From the NCBI GenBank assembly GCA_004022145.1, contig RCNU01000021.1: 64,000 nucleotides of DNA, one strand, 5' to 3'. The stretch comes from Paecilomyces variotii. Taxonomy: Eukaryota. Positions 37,941 through 50,775 of the stretch are shown in pieces; position 1 is the stretch's first letter, and every line of letters starts with the position of its first letter. The position numbers and the translations under genes were made by a program. Below the pieces are notes generated by a model. That model was not told the origin of the DNA and made no database searches. It saw only the letters and a program-made list of their open reading frames with translations.

Positions 37941-40102
37941 ATGGAAGGCCGTGGGTTGACCCTGCGCAGCAAGTCCCGACGGCCCCAGATCAGTGCTCCA
38001 AAGCCCATCTCAGCTCCTCTGCCCGCCAACAGCAAAGCCTCCGGTGCCGGTCTGCCTTCCGGTCCCCGCGAGAAGCCTCAGCAGAATGGCGCGACCGCTG
38101 ATCTCGTCAAACGGAGATATTCAACCCGGTTCAACCAGGTCCCAGATCTGGACGCCAATGCGCCGCCGGTGCCAAGTGTGCCTGCACTCCCCGGAGCTTT
38201 TGGAGGTCGTGATGCCTCTCCAGCAGGCAATGGAGGAGCTGCTTCCGGCTCATCCCCAGGCCTACGAGTCGATCTCAGTGCGCTGAGAGATCCCAGTCTC
38301 CCCGTGGATAAATGTAAGTGCGGCAACATGGACTTTTGATGATTGAAATCCCCTTGCCGGTTACTGATTACTGACTGGATGATGTAGATGTCGCCAGCTT
38401 GCTGGCTGACGCATCAGAAGAGGACATCCAAGAGTACCAGGATCGCCTGCGGAAAGTGAAAAACAGAACCTCAACCGACCTACAACAGAACGTCTACCAG
38501 AATCGCACCCAGTTCATCAAGATCAGTAAGGAAGCAGAGAAGCTCAAGGGTGAGATGCGGACCCTGCGCTCTCTGATGGCGGAACTCACGACAGCTCTGG
38601 GCCAGACGAGCTCTGCAAATGGCCTCAGCCCGCTGTCTGCCTCATTCGAGGACCGTCCATCTCGCAAGGCGAATCGCAGTTCCGTTGCCAACCTTGAAAG
38701 CATGTGGAGCGTGCAGCTGCAGGCCCTCTGGAAGACTGTCGAAGGGTCACAGAAATTCTTGCCAGCCGTTCCAGGTCGTCACATCGTCCTCGAGACGGGC
38801 CACTGGGTGGAACTGGATTCTGCAACTTGGAAACCACGACGGCCTGTTCATATCGTGCTGCTTAACGACCATCTCCTCGTCGCGGCCAAAAAGCGGAAGC
38901 GTGTCGACCAGAGTAACCCGAACAATCGGGGACCGGTGCCAACGAAGCTGGTGGCGGAAGAATGCTGGCCGCTGCAAGATATTGACATGATAGACCTAGG
39001 TGCCAATCTGGGGTCTGGCTCAAGTCGTGGGGAGGCTGAAGGGCGTGGAGTCACCAATGCGATCAACATCAGGGTGGGGTCGAAGTCTTTTACCTATCGA
39101 CAAGACCACCGCAATTCTTCCGCTAAAAATGAGCTTTTGGCGACCTTCCGCAAGACAGTAGAGGATCTCCGCACAACCCTTCGATCCGAGACGGAGACTG
39201 CTGGAAAGGCCAGCGACGCCCTGGCCTATCTGACCGGAGGCTCGAGGAGATCGGAGCTTTTTTTTGACGGCGGCGAGAACATTCGAGACACACCGGAAGT
39301 CCGAATCGACGTGGACGGAAAGCAGCAGAATCTCCGCTGGGTGGAAGGGCAGATCGACGACCTCGACATTGCCATTGCTCTGCAGCACTTTGAGGAGGCT
39401 GTATCCAGCATTGAACGTCTGCGGAAACTGGCCCGTGGTCTGAAAGGAAACACGGTCGCGCAGGATGCGATCAACACGAAACTCGACGAGCGAGTCACGA
39501 AGCTGGCCGGTATTATTTCACGCGCGCTGGTGAACAAGCACTCGTTTCTGAACGCGACTAAGACGAACGTCAGCTGGCTGACTCGTCTGGGATTGGAAGA
39601 CCGTGCGAGGGAGGCGTATCTTCGAGCGAGATCAGAAATCATCACCAAGAGAGTCAGGTTCGTTTTCATTTTCTGTTTTAAATTGTGCCCGTCCGTTCAA
39701 CGATCCTAATTACTTGTACTTAGGCAATGCATCTTCGAGGGTGATCTGCGGCTCTATATCTTCCAGATTTCTTTCGTCTATTTCACTCTGATCCGCAATA
39801 CTCTGAGCATCTATCAAGCCTGCTTCCCCGCTCTCATGACATCAGCCTCCATCAAATGGGCGAAGGAGCACCTAGACAGCTTCAATGCTCTTCTGGCGCG
39901 GCAACTGAGCTCGGTGTTGCGCGGTACAGGCGTATGGAACAAGTGCATGGAGATTGTGCACGAGCACGCAGCGATGCTGACGGAGGTTGGGGTTGATTTT
40001 CAGGACTTTGTCGGCAAGGGTCTTGAAAACGATCAGAGTCCTAGTCGGAAGCAGAGCGGGTCGTCAGCAGAGATGTTGGCAGCTGCGCAGGGAGCGGAGT
40101 GA
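37941..40102 (+). CDS. EXO84: Exocyst component Exo84; exons 37941-38313, 38388-39657, 39724-40102
   Basis: RRPQISAP, DLVKRRYS, DLQQNVYQNRTQFIKISKEAEKL, PH-like LLNDHLLVA and C-terminal RLGLEDRAREAYL. Confidence 0.9.
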
Positions 40103-40458
40103 AGACCTCTTTGGACTCGAATTAACGATACGATACCCCCCCTATGCGGACGCCTGCTGGATGTCCCTTGTCGATACAGGCTACAGCTTTTTTATTTCAT
40201 CTCATCATCAATTATATTTCAGCAAGAATGCAATTGTCCAAGAACTTTTTAGGCTACTGCTCCTCTCATAACACTATTAAGCAGATATCTTTATAATGGC
40301 GTATTATGTATATATATATTTCACGGCACCAAAATCCGATGTCGTACAGTGTCACTTGAAACTTTTCATGCTTTTTCATCACATCTAGGCATCTATATAT
40401 GTAAGTACAGTACAGAGACCAATCGCTCGGATATCATCCTCAAACGATCAGAGTAAAA

Positions 40459-42773
40459 TTACAGAGTGAAATACTCGTATATATCCTCATCCCTCTCCTC
40501 TGGCTCTACGTCATTATCTCTCCGACGCCAAGTTCGTCGAGATTTCTCGGTGCCGGTAGGGGACCAGACGGCATCCCAGGCCTCGCCGCCAAGGGTGCTA
40601 TCGTAGCCGAGAACACCCATCTTGAAATCGAGGGGTTCACCAACACCGAGGTCAGAGGGCAGACGCATCCAATGCCGGACAGAATCTGGGATCTCCTCCC
40701 GGATGTGGCTAATGACGAGGAGGGCCTGCTGGTCGGAGAGACCCTTGTGGCGGGCCTTGGAGACTTCAACGGTCGCCTCGTTGAGCCAGGTATCTGCTGT
40801 AGAGGTGCGACGCGTGGCCGTGCTGACATGATTACGCTTCAGTTCGCCGGACTCTAGGAAATGGAGGCATTTGTCGCGCAGAGAAGCGGGCATGCCGGAG
40901 AAGGCTTCGTCGAGAATAACGAGATCAGGTTTATGCACGATGGCGCGGATGAAGAGAACAAGACGTTGCTGAGCAACGTTCAGGGAAGAGAATCGGAGTG
41001 AATCGGCGTAATCGACATCGTAGTCAGGAAGGGTATAGTCGTGCTTCAGGGGCCTGTAGTTGGAGAGCCTGGGGAACATTTCCATCTGTGCTCCCCTCAC
41101 CTTGCTGGAAGAGGCATCTACTCCTGTCGTGGCGTCGGGGTCTAGGTCAGCCTTGAAGAATCTGAGCGCGGCATTGACGTCGAGATCCTTTTCGTGATCC
41201 AGCCGGGGCTTCGACAAGAAGGTATCGGCAAAGGCAGATTCGACAGCCTGACGGACGGTGAGATTGCGAGGGAAGAAGGCATGGATCTCGGGCGACGAAT
41301 GTCCGATCCGTGACTGCAGCTCGAAGATGGAAATTCCGGGCTTTCCTGCCTCCGGCAGTCGAGATCGTCCGAATAGTTTGATAGGCAAAGCGTAGGCCTG
41401 GGGATGATCAGATGTTATTAGCGACAGCAGTGTCGTCTTCCCGGATCCATTGGCCCCAATGATGGCCCAGCGCTGGCCGCGGCGGACTCTCCAATGGAGC
41501 CCATCCTGGAGCTTGTCGTTGACTTTTTGCTTCCAGTTACCCAGGACGACCTTGTCGCCATACTGAACGCGGACACCGTCCATTTCAATGACAGGCTCCC
41601 CTCCTCTCGGGGCAGTAATCTCCAGCAGCCGCTGCTTGGTATCCACCAATTTCAGATCTCTGAGGAGTTGACGATCCAAGATACCTTCATCCATGGCGCG
41701 TTTAGCCTCGATGTATGATGGATTTTTCTTGAGCTCTTCGAGCTCTTTACGTGGGGTTGACTCGTCGGTGAGACCCTTCCAGACCTGGAAAGTCTCATGG
41801 ACTTGCGATCGGTCTCCCTGCAGTAGAACGCGGTGGGAATTACCCAAGACCATCATGTGCGTAATCCAGTCTGGTAGATGATCCTGCGGTCGCAGGGAGA
41901 GTATGAGGCGTGGCGAACACTTCTCCGCCAGGCCATGCAGGAGGATCGAGATGCTCTGGACCGTAGCCGGATCGAGTCCCACTGCGAGTTGTCAGTACGC
42001 TGTAGAATGAATCCGAGGCAGTGGTAAGCCTGGCACTTACTGAATGGATCATCCAGCAGGAGCAACTCGGGCTTGCTCAGCAGCGCTTTTGCGATTCGCG
42101 CACGTCTCGTCTGGCCGTTGCTGAGGTTGGCTACCGGCATATCGAGCAATGGTTCCAGCTTTAGATTGGCGATAACCTGTTCGAGGAAAGCCAGATCCTT
42201 AACGGTGCCATTTTCTTCACCCTCGAGCGGGTTCAGCGAGGTCTGTCCCTGCAGATACTGCCGCAGCGTCCAGTCGGTCTCTTCTCGTAGACTCTCGTAG
42301 CGTGCGCTCAGGTACGCTCCGCGGACACCACCTGTTGCTTGTGACCCCTCTCCACTGAAACCAACATATTGAATAGCGCGTCCTGGATATCGCAACCGGT
42401 GATCTTTGGCGGCGATCTCGTCTGTCAAGAGGTAGGGATAGGTACGCGCACTGGGTGGAAGACAAATCAGCTGGCCCCGCAAGATTTCCAACAGCTTCGT
42501 TCTCTCTGTGGAGCCAATGATGGCCCAGTGCTGCAACGACTGGCCATCTTGAACTCCTTCAGCAGCTGAGGAGCCGGATGGGAGAATGAAGTTGAGGTTG
42601 GGATAGAGAGGCGGATTCTCTTTCTCGGCCTTCGGGTCGGGACTAGGATATCTCTCGTAGAAGGTACCGTCCTGGATGCGAATCAATGGAGGCGCAGAGG
42701 AGACACGCCGCAGGGTCCGGTAGAGGACCGGAGCCCTCAGAGGCCCAGTCAGAAGACGTGGACGCAGCAGCAT
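40459..42773 (-). CDS. TMD-less twin-NBD ABC ATPase (ModF/YDR061W-like); exons 42773-42041, 41981-40459
   Basis: NBD1 has LSNGQTRRARIAKALL..LLLLDDPFMGLD; NBD2 has GANGSGKTT..SDHPQAY..LVILDEAFSG. No transmembrane domain; Arg/Leu-rich N-terminus. Confidence 0.85.
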
Positions 42774-43634
42774 GTCTGGGTTGAAATGCGCAAACGCTGG
42801 AAGATCGATAATGATGATCTGATAATCCTCATATTTGATCCTCGGACTTAACGCCGAACGCTAAGCTCCGGATGGCTGATACGGCCGATATCGGTCACAT
42901 GACATGGTCTACTTGTTATTCCTTTTCGATAGTAACTGTATACTATATATACTACTATATATACTATATATTATTATATCGTTAGTATATAATATGTTGG
43001 GTCAAAAAGGAGCAATCCTTGGGGAGATAAAAATATTGCCCTCATGTTACGTTCTTTCATCGCATACAACGGGTAGGTATATATATATATATATGAATGC
43101 TATACACATGGACACAATAGTTATCTAGTCGACGTGAAGTTACACTCTGACATCCCCTGGCAGGGGAAGATCACTCATTGTCCAGAATTTTCTTCCCTGT
43201 TGGATTAATCTTCTCATTCTACGGCCTAACACTATGGATCCGTGGGAATGACCGTCCGCTGGCTAACTATCTTCTCATCAACGCGGGGTAAGCGCGGGGC
43301 TTAAGTATGGAATTTGGAATGGCTCAAGTTAACGCATTATCCAAGCCACAAGCGAGCGCCTCCAGGTCCAAATGACTAGCCAGGGATTAATACGCGCTGC
43401 TGATATGCCTGGAGGCCTGCGTACTCCTCGTTGCAGAGAAGGTAGCATCGGTTAAGAGATGATGCGATGATCGCCGTTCTACCGAGCCTCCACGAGCCTG
43501 CGCCGCGATATCTCCGCGCGTCGGATTTCTCTCTTTGGAGTTGGCAACATAAGCTACGAGCTGTAGAAGCAGTCATCTTAATTTAATTATTTCCTGTAGA
43601 TTTTGCAGTCGAACACAAGCATTGACAACTCAGC

Positions 43635-45448
43635 ATGGCCACTGTGGTAGGTTCCGCGCCTCGCCGGCTTAACTGGTACCCCGCTCTGGGATTCGTTGCG
43701 CTCGTCTCTATTATTCCATTGCTGACCTGGACTCTGCGACGCAAAAGGAAGATTTATCCTCGATCCCGTCTCTGCCTCTATTTGCTGCGGCAGAAAAGCT
43801 GGCAAAGGAGAGTCCCGACAAGATCGCGATTATCGACAAGGCCAAGGGTGAAAGCTTCACGTACCGCCAGCTACTGGCAGACACAGCGGGATTGAAGAAG
43901 CTCATCTTGGAAAAATTGGACCTCCAGTCTTCTGGCGATTTGGAAGAGCGCAGGATTGCTTTCCTCGTTCCCAATGGCTATGATTACGTCGTCACCCAAT
44001 GGGCAGTATGGGCCGCAGGGGGCATCAGCGTGCCATTGTGTATGGATATCCCGGTGGGAATAGATCTCCACTTGAAATTGATCTGACGAGGAGACAGGCA
44101 CCTCGCACCCGGTCAAGGAATGGCTATATACCATAGGAGATTCGGATCCGTCGTTGATTATCACCCATCCTTCCTTTGAAAAGGCCGCAGCGGCCCTCCA
44201 AGAAGAGGTAAAGAATATCGCATTCATAACCCTGACTCCTTTCTCGGCAGCGAATGCTACCACCGTCTCGTTGCCATCATTGAAGCCTTCGCTGCCATTA
44301 TCCAGAAGAGCGTTGATGATCTACACGTCTGGCACGACATCGAGACCGAAAGGTTGTATCACCACGCACAAGAACGTCACCTTCCAGGCAGATTCCCTCG
44401 TTAAGGCGTGGAAATACACTTCTGAAGACCAACTAATCCATGTGCTTCCGCTTCACCACGTCCATGGCATCGTTAACGGCCTCGTGGCCAGTTTTCTCAG
44501 CGGCGCAACAGTTGAGATGTACCCTAAGTTTGATGCCGCAACGATCTGGAAGCGCTGGCAGGAGAAAGGATCGACGATGTTCTTCGGAGTCCCTACTATT
44601 TATTCTAGACTGATCGAACATTTTGACACCCATATCAGGGGTACAGAAGCAGAATCCACCGCTCGTGAAGGCGCCAAAGCCTTGCGCCTGCTCGTCAGCG
44701 GCTCTGCAGCCCTGCCCACCCCGACGAAGGCCAGGTTCGCCGAGATTACAGGCCAGGTACTTCTGGAGCGTTACGGTATGACTGAGATCGGAATGGCCAT
44801 CAGCTGCGGGCTAGAAATCGACTCGAGAATCGATGGCAGTGTTGGCTGGCCTCTTCCGGGCGTCCAGATCAGGTTGACAGACAAGGAAACGGGCGAAGTA
44901 ATCGAGGGTACCGACAAGGACGGCATGATTGAGGTCAAGGGGGATAATGTCTTTCTCGAATACTGGCGACGGCCCGAAGCTACGTCCAAGGAGTTCAGCT
45001 CTGATGGATGGTTCAAGACAGGTGACGTCGCACGAAGAGATGAACGCGGAGCATACTTCATCCAGGGCCGTGCGTCCGTGGATATTATTAAATCCGGAGG
45101 GTATAAGATCTCCGCCTTGGAAGTTGAACGTGAAATGCTCAGTTTGGACTCGATTCTCGAAGTTGCCGTTGTCGGGCTTCCAGATGAGGAATGGGGCCAG
45201 CGCGTGGCCGCTGTCGTAAAGCAGAAGCCAGGGGTAAGAGCTTTTCATCCCGTGGATTTGGGTATCTCCTAACCTTTTAGCAGACTCCACCTCTTGAACT
45301 GGAACCGCTGCGAGCCGAGCTGAAGAAGGAGATGGCGCCATACAAGATTCCTACTGTCCTCAAGCTTGTCGACAATATCGAACGCAACGCAATGGGTAAG
45401 GTCAACAAGAAGGACATCCTGAAGAAGTATTGGCCAGAGAAGGCTTGA
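43635..45448 (+). CDS. AMP-forming acyl-CoA synthetase, malonyl-CoA synthetase (MatB/ACSF3)-like; exons 43635-43646, 43748-44039, 44098-45233, ~45284-45448
   Basis: YTSGTTSRPKG, HVLPLHHVHG, VSGSAAL, LERYGMTE, GWFKTGD, IIKSGGYKISALEVE and RNAMGKVNK. Confidence 0.85.
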
Positions 45449-45805
45449 TTACGACCTGAAGTTTTGGTATTAGACTAGAGAAATATGACCATAGGCGATA
45501 GATCTATCTGTATGTATTGAACATCACGAAGTAGTGATGAGATTTTTGAATTTCAAGACGCTTGCATCCTCAGCAACATAACGTCTTCAGGTAAAGATAT
45601 CCGAAACAGCTCCAGTGGAATTGGAGCGATGGCAGACTCTTCCTGACCAGTTCAGCTTTAGGCGTGGGCTGTGGCCTCGAAATATCTTCTTATTATCAGT
45701 ATCACTAGCTTGGACTTACCGAACGTCGAAACAAGCAATAGTGATATGTTGAACGCAAACTCGAACTAGTCGTTCTGGAGATTTGTCTGCATGATTCATT
45801 CTGTC

Positions 45806-47509
45806 CTACTGTTTCGTGATAGACGCACTGAATTCCGTAACCGTCAAGAATAAAGAGGAAATGCTGTTTTCATCGGGAGCGTTGAACCTCACGATCTCCT
45901 CAACCAGATGCCAGGTTCCGTGGGAGTCCTGTATCTGTCTCTTGAACTTCATGTGGAGCCCAGACGATCTATCCTGCTTAGGATAGAAGACTATATGATC
46001 GCTGATTCTCTTTTCCCGACCAGGAAGGCAATTAACTTCAAAAAGCGATGCAAATCTTCCATCTTCCCCAGTATCGATACCTTCTTCCATAGCGATGAGG
46101 TTCGCCGCAAGGAACACAGACGGAACGACCCTATGGAGACCCTCCACACGAGGTGCCTGCAAGAGTAGAGCTAGGGCTCGTCGCCGAAGGATGGGATCTC
46201 GACATTTTTGGGCCGTAAAAAAGAGCGGATAGCCAGCCCCTAATTCGAAAGTGAAAGGGGCTGGTGTTTTATCCTGTCCAGTAGTCGCTGCGATGGCCGA
46301 TGGTGCATATTCGATTATTTCCTGAAATAGATGCTTGTAGCGGTCGTACACCATTTCATCCTGGTCAAAGCATGTTTCCACCACAATAAGACAGGTTGCA
46401 TAGGCCATTTGAAGGAGTGAACATGTACCACGGTGAGCATCGTCCCATTTATCCCAGGAGTCGACTTTCAGTCTGACCATCGTCTGATGCCACGCGGATA
46501 GTCTGAGCCGCAAGTCAGCTTGTTGCGCTTGAAGGCTTTCCAACACGTTGATATCAGATGGGCTCCGATGCACGGACTCAGTACAGGTACGAATAAACAC
46601 AACGACGTCCGATACTAAAGAGTATAAAGCAGCCCTGGCATCCGGTAGGGACTGGAAGTATATGATAGTTCTATGTGGCCAAACAATCGGCCAATCTGCT
46701 GGCAGGTCATGCCCGTAGAAAATAGAAAGTGTTCCCAGGCGGTAAAACAGGGGGACAATAACATCCGTAAAAAGAGTCTTGGTCTCCCACAAAGCAGAAA
46801 TCATCACTGGACTGAAGGTGGATATCAGTTGTAACCCTTGCTGATATAACTGGAGAGCTTCAATAATGTTTTCCTGTAAAAATTCGATGCATATAAATAA
46901 CACGCAGCTGAGTAGAGCAACGGCAGGATCCATATCACCGCGCTTCTGTAGTTGACTCCGCACGTTTGATAACGCCCTGGAGTACCAACTTAAAGCTAAG
47001 CGATGGTTTGAGTCAGTTACTGGAGGTTTGAGGGCAGGGGCCACGGGGGGAGCGTGTGAAAATGGCGGATGTTCATATAAGCAACTGATAGCAATCACTG
47101 CATCCCACATAGCAGGCTGGGAGCGACTAAGTCGGAGCACAGCACCACGCCAGAGATCCGCATCTAGAGCGACAGCCAGACGAGGTGAAATCTGGTGGAA
47201 GAAGAAGTGAAAAGCTCGACGCTCTTTACTGGTGGCTGTGGAAGCAGCAGAGAGTAGGGTCTCGGACAGGCCGACAATTGACGCTCTTTCTTCCCATCTC
47301 AACATGCCCTGGCCGCGTGAATAGAGATCGCCTGGGCGGACTCCCTTGTATTCGCATTTTCGGCCGGTGGAACTGCACCGGTGACAGGTTGGTTGACGTT
47401 CATCGCACTTGACGCGCCTGATCTTGCAGGTAAGACAGCCCAATTTGGATTTGGAGCTGCCAACACGGCCTTTTCTGGGTCGACCAGAAACTGGATCAGC
47501 TGATTCCAT
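45806..47509 (-). CDS. Zn(II)2Cys6 transcription factor
   Basis: GCLTCKIRRVKCDERQPTCHRCSSTGRKCEY cluster with a fungal-specific regulatory region (KCRDPILRRRALALL); single 567-aa ORF. Confidence 0.9.
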   Translation of the reverse strand: MESADPVSGRPRKGRVGSSKSKLGCLTCKIRRVKCDERQPTCHRCSSTGRKCEYKGVRPGDLYSRGQGMLRWEERASIVGLSETLLSAASTATSKERRAFHFFFHQISPRLAVALDADLWRGAVLRLSRSQPAMWDAVIAISCLYEHPPFSHAPPVAPALKPPVTDSNHRLALSWYSRALSNVRSQLQKRGDMDPAVALLSCVLFICIEFLQENIIEALQLYQQGLQLISTFSPVMISALWETKTLFTDVIVPLFYRLGTLSIFYGHDLPADWPIVWPHRTIIYFQSLPDARAALYSLVSDVVVFIRTCTESVHRSPSDINVLESLQAQQADLRLRLSAWHQTMVRLKVDSWDKWDDAHRGTCSLLQMAYATCLIVVETCFDQDEMVYDRYKHLFQEIIEYAPSAIAATTGQDKTPAPFTFELGAGYPLFFTAQKCRDPILRRRALALLLQAPRVEGLHRVVPSVFLAANLIAMEEGIDTGEDGRFASLFEVNCLPGREKRISDHIVFYPKQDRSSGLHMKFKRQIQDSHGTWHLVEEIVRFNAPDENSISSLFLTVTEFSASITKQ

Positions 47510-48135
47510 GGGTAATCGCGAAATTTCCAGCAGCGGAATATCTAATGCTCATAGAAAGTGATTACAAGAGGCAGTGCTCTGCGCCATCCATTATGTAGGT
47601 TGGATTTCGGGCCTCGCCCGCTCTCGCTAAGCAATGGCTTGGCATAATACCTAAGTACTTAGCGATGTAGGATTATTTTAGCTTGAAGCCCTGGCGATTG
47701 TCTTCTTCAACTCCCTGATTTCCATAAATCAAAGGAGTCACTTGGGGGAAAAAATCTATAACATCTACAATCCTCTACAAACAACGATTCCATCAGGCGT
47801 TTGCTCGGATTTGTCCTCATGACCCTCTTATCGAAAACCACAAGGCTCCACTTGAGGGAGCTATTTTGGGAAGACGTAGACAAAAACAAGTTAGTCAATC
47901 TTGGGATTTAGTTAGCGTTACTAGCCTCGACAGCATAATTGAAGTCAGCTTCTATGCAAAGATGACATAAACGTGCGGAAGAACAGTTACTGAAGCTGTA
48001 ATATAAATATCTATAAGCAGAAAAAATTATATCGGCTATAGAGAGCCGGTTATATCCGCTTATATCCACTGATATATATGAAATCTTTAGTTTCATGACA
48101 CTACTTAAATAAGATGATAATCCATAACTGGGATC

Positions 48136-49908
48136 TTATGTCTGAAAGACCCATCTGGGATCCTCGTCACCCTGGAACTCTCCCTCGGCATCTCCAATGT
48201 CTCCCAGTAAAACGCCCAAACCACGTCTCTCGCGCTCGGCTTCCTTTTTCTGATTCTCCTTGTGCAGAACCAACCACAAGATACTGACGACGGCTGTGTT
48301 GGCAACTAGATAACCGAGAGCGAAGCCGTGACCCAGGAAGAATCGCGGGCTGGTTTCCGTGCGGTACAATTGAGTACCGAGCACAGCTCCACAGTTGCCA
48401 ATGGAAATCTGCATTGCATTGGCGATTGCTCGTTTGGTCTGACCGGATACATTGTTCGCGGGCCACGACAGAACAATGGCTGTGGCAGGGTAGATCCCAG
48501 CCGCCGCGAAGATGGTGCCCAGGTAAGATACGCCGGCACGATCCTGGGCCAGAAGGATGATGTAGCCGATGATCGCGAGGACAGAGGAACCAATGATAAA
48601 AGGGGCACGTCGCCGTATGCGCTCCGATAATATGGCCACCGCAATCGTGAGGACGAAAGCAACAGCATACGGTGGCACTGAAAGTAGCTGAGCCTCTGCG
48701 GCAGAGTAACCGAGCTCGGTGATGATCGTAGGCTAGTTACGGTTAGAAAAGATAAACCAAGTGCTTAACAGGAATAGGACCTACCAGGAACAGAGACAGC
48801 GTGTACAGTGGAAGAGACATTGTGTGGAATGCCAGGCCATATAGCCAAACTTTGGGGTCTTTGAAAGCTTTCACCACGGCGGACCATGAGAAAGGTTCGG
48901 TCCGAATAGCATCATTGTCGTTTTTCAGACGAAATTGAATAAACTCCCTCTCCTCCTTGCTCAGGAACTCCGCCGTTGCTGGATAATTGTAGATCCAAAA
49001 GTATGCAGTCGCAGAGACGACTACTGTCAACAGACCTTCCTGTAAAGAAATTTAGCCCCCATTTCTGCTTGACAACTTGCTAGCTTCGACTTACCAGTAT
49101 GAAGATCCATCTCCAGCCGTTGTATCCGCCCACACCTCGCATATGCGAAATGCCCTATAACGCAGTCAGCACAAATCATACATGATGAATGAAGTAGATG
49201 CTGAATCGCCCACCCATGCTAGAATTCCACCAAAGGCTCCAGCCAAAGAGGCCGCACAGAAGAAGAGAGCAACGCGATAGTGTTGCTCATTCCGCTTATA
49301 CCACATGGACAGATAAAACACGACGCCGGGGAACAAGCCACTCTCTGCGACACCCAGGAAGAAGCGGGAGCTGAGGTATCCGGAGTAGTTCTGGACCACA
49401 CCCAGCAGAGTCGAAATAATTCCCCAAACCAATGTCAGTGTCGGTAACCAGAGTCGCGGTGTCGTCTTCTTCAGGACGATATTGCATGGCACTTCGAAAA
49501 GGACATATCCGACGAAATATAGTGTCAGGCCGTTGAGGTATTGGTCGCCCGCTAAATCTGACTGTCAGTTTCCCTTCCGTGAGCTATTAATCGACCGTAG
49601 GCACCTACTTATTTTGAGATCCGTCGCCATGCCTTCGATACGCGCATTGCCAACTGGATTGACTCCCCATTAGTGATTTTCTCAGATAAACAGAGGCGAA
49701 GCAATGTACCATTGCTGCGATCCAGAAATGAAAGCAGATACAGCAGCGTCAGCGGAGGAAGAAGTCTTAGGTCCAACTTGCGCAGCAGCGCCTTCTCATT
49801 GACACCGAAACTGGCCTCCGCGATGCTGTTCGATACTGGTGAGACCGTTTTCTCGTCCTCCTCTCCCGTTTGAACGCCAGGGTCTCGCTTCTCAGTTGGT
49901 TCCGCCAT
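48136..49908 (-). CDS. MFS anion:cation symporter (Dal5/Tna1 allantoate-nicotinate permease family), multi-exon
   Basis: LLRKLDLRLLP, LSFLDRSN.GNARIEG, EVPCNIVLK, AESGLFPG..LSMWYKR, GWRWIFIL and NNVSGQTKR motifs. Confidence 0.88.
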
Positions 49909-50740
49909 TCTTTCTGAGATAGTCCACCGTGAAGGCCCGATGGAGGACTGTCGAGCTGTCAGAAGCTCTAGCAGAAAGGATAGAATACCATACTTAAGAC
50001 AGAAATTGTAGGACAATGCAGGTTATATCAAAGATGACGAAAGAATCGACAGCTATTTCAGGAACCCCGCGCTGCTCCAGCACACCATTATCCCAGCTCT
50101 CCACGCGACAGCAGCCTATGCGCCCAGAAAAGCCTGGCTGGATCTTGCATCGCGTCGTAAATAAACGGGGAGAAGTTTAAAGCCGTCAAATAACTGCCGA
50201 CAGCGCGTGCCAGAAGCTGGAGAAGTGGACAGATTTTCCCCGACAGCTGCCTGTCTGGGAATGGATACATGGCTCTAGGCGATGAGCAATGTGGACTCTG
50301 AAATGACGAATATCGCGTGTAGTTATCAGGCCAATGAACGTTGGGATGAGCTTAGGTTGGCAATTCAGACGTTGGTGCGACTCGTGGAATCGTGAAGCTA
50401 ACGTCTTAAGTATCGAGTGGCCATGAGAACTTGGCATTTCCCGGCTGGGAAATACAGGAGGATCAATTTCAGGAACATACTGATAACATTCTCTCTTCTC
50501 AGTTGTTATGTGCAAGCATATTCGATGTAATACTGTACAATCTGTTCTGATGATGACTCTGGTCCTCGGGATCACGCAATCCACCAGCAGATGGAGTGAT
50601 CGCTCCCCTCATCGGTTATCTCCACCATCTCGCGTGATGGTTGGAAAAGTTCGTATACGGAGGATTTGCACCGTACTTTATAAGCGATTTTTAGCCCAGG
50701 TCAACTGGCTAGACAGTTCTCGAATTCCTATATTTGCCCG

Positions 50741-50775
50741 TTATTGTTATTGTTATTGTTGTAGTTATTGTTATT
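50741..50775. repeat. (TTATTG)n low-complexity tract
   Basis: ttattgttattgttattgttgtagttattgttatt. Confidence 0.6.

Noticed and set aside
42811..42880. Box C (ATGATGA) and CTGA motifs suggesting a C/D snoRNA
   Set aside because: No terminal stem or recognisable rRNA-complementary guide; it lies in a promoter.
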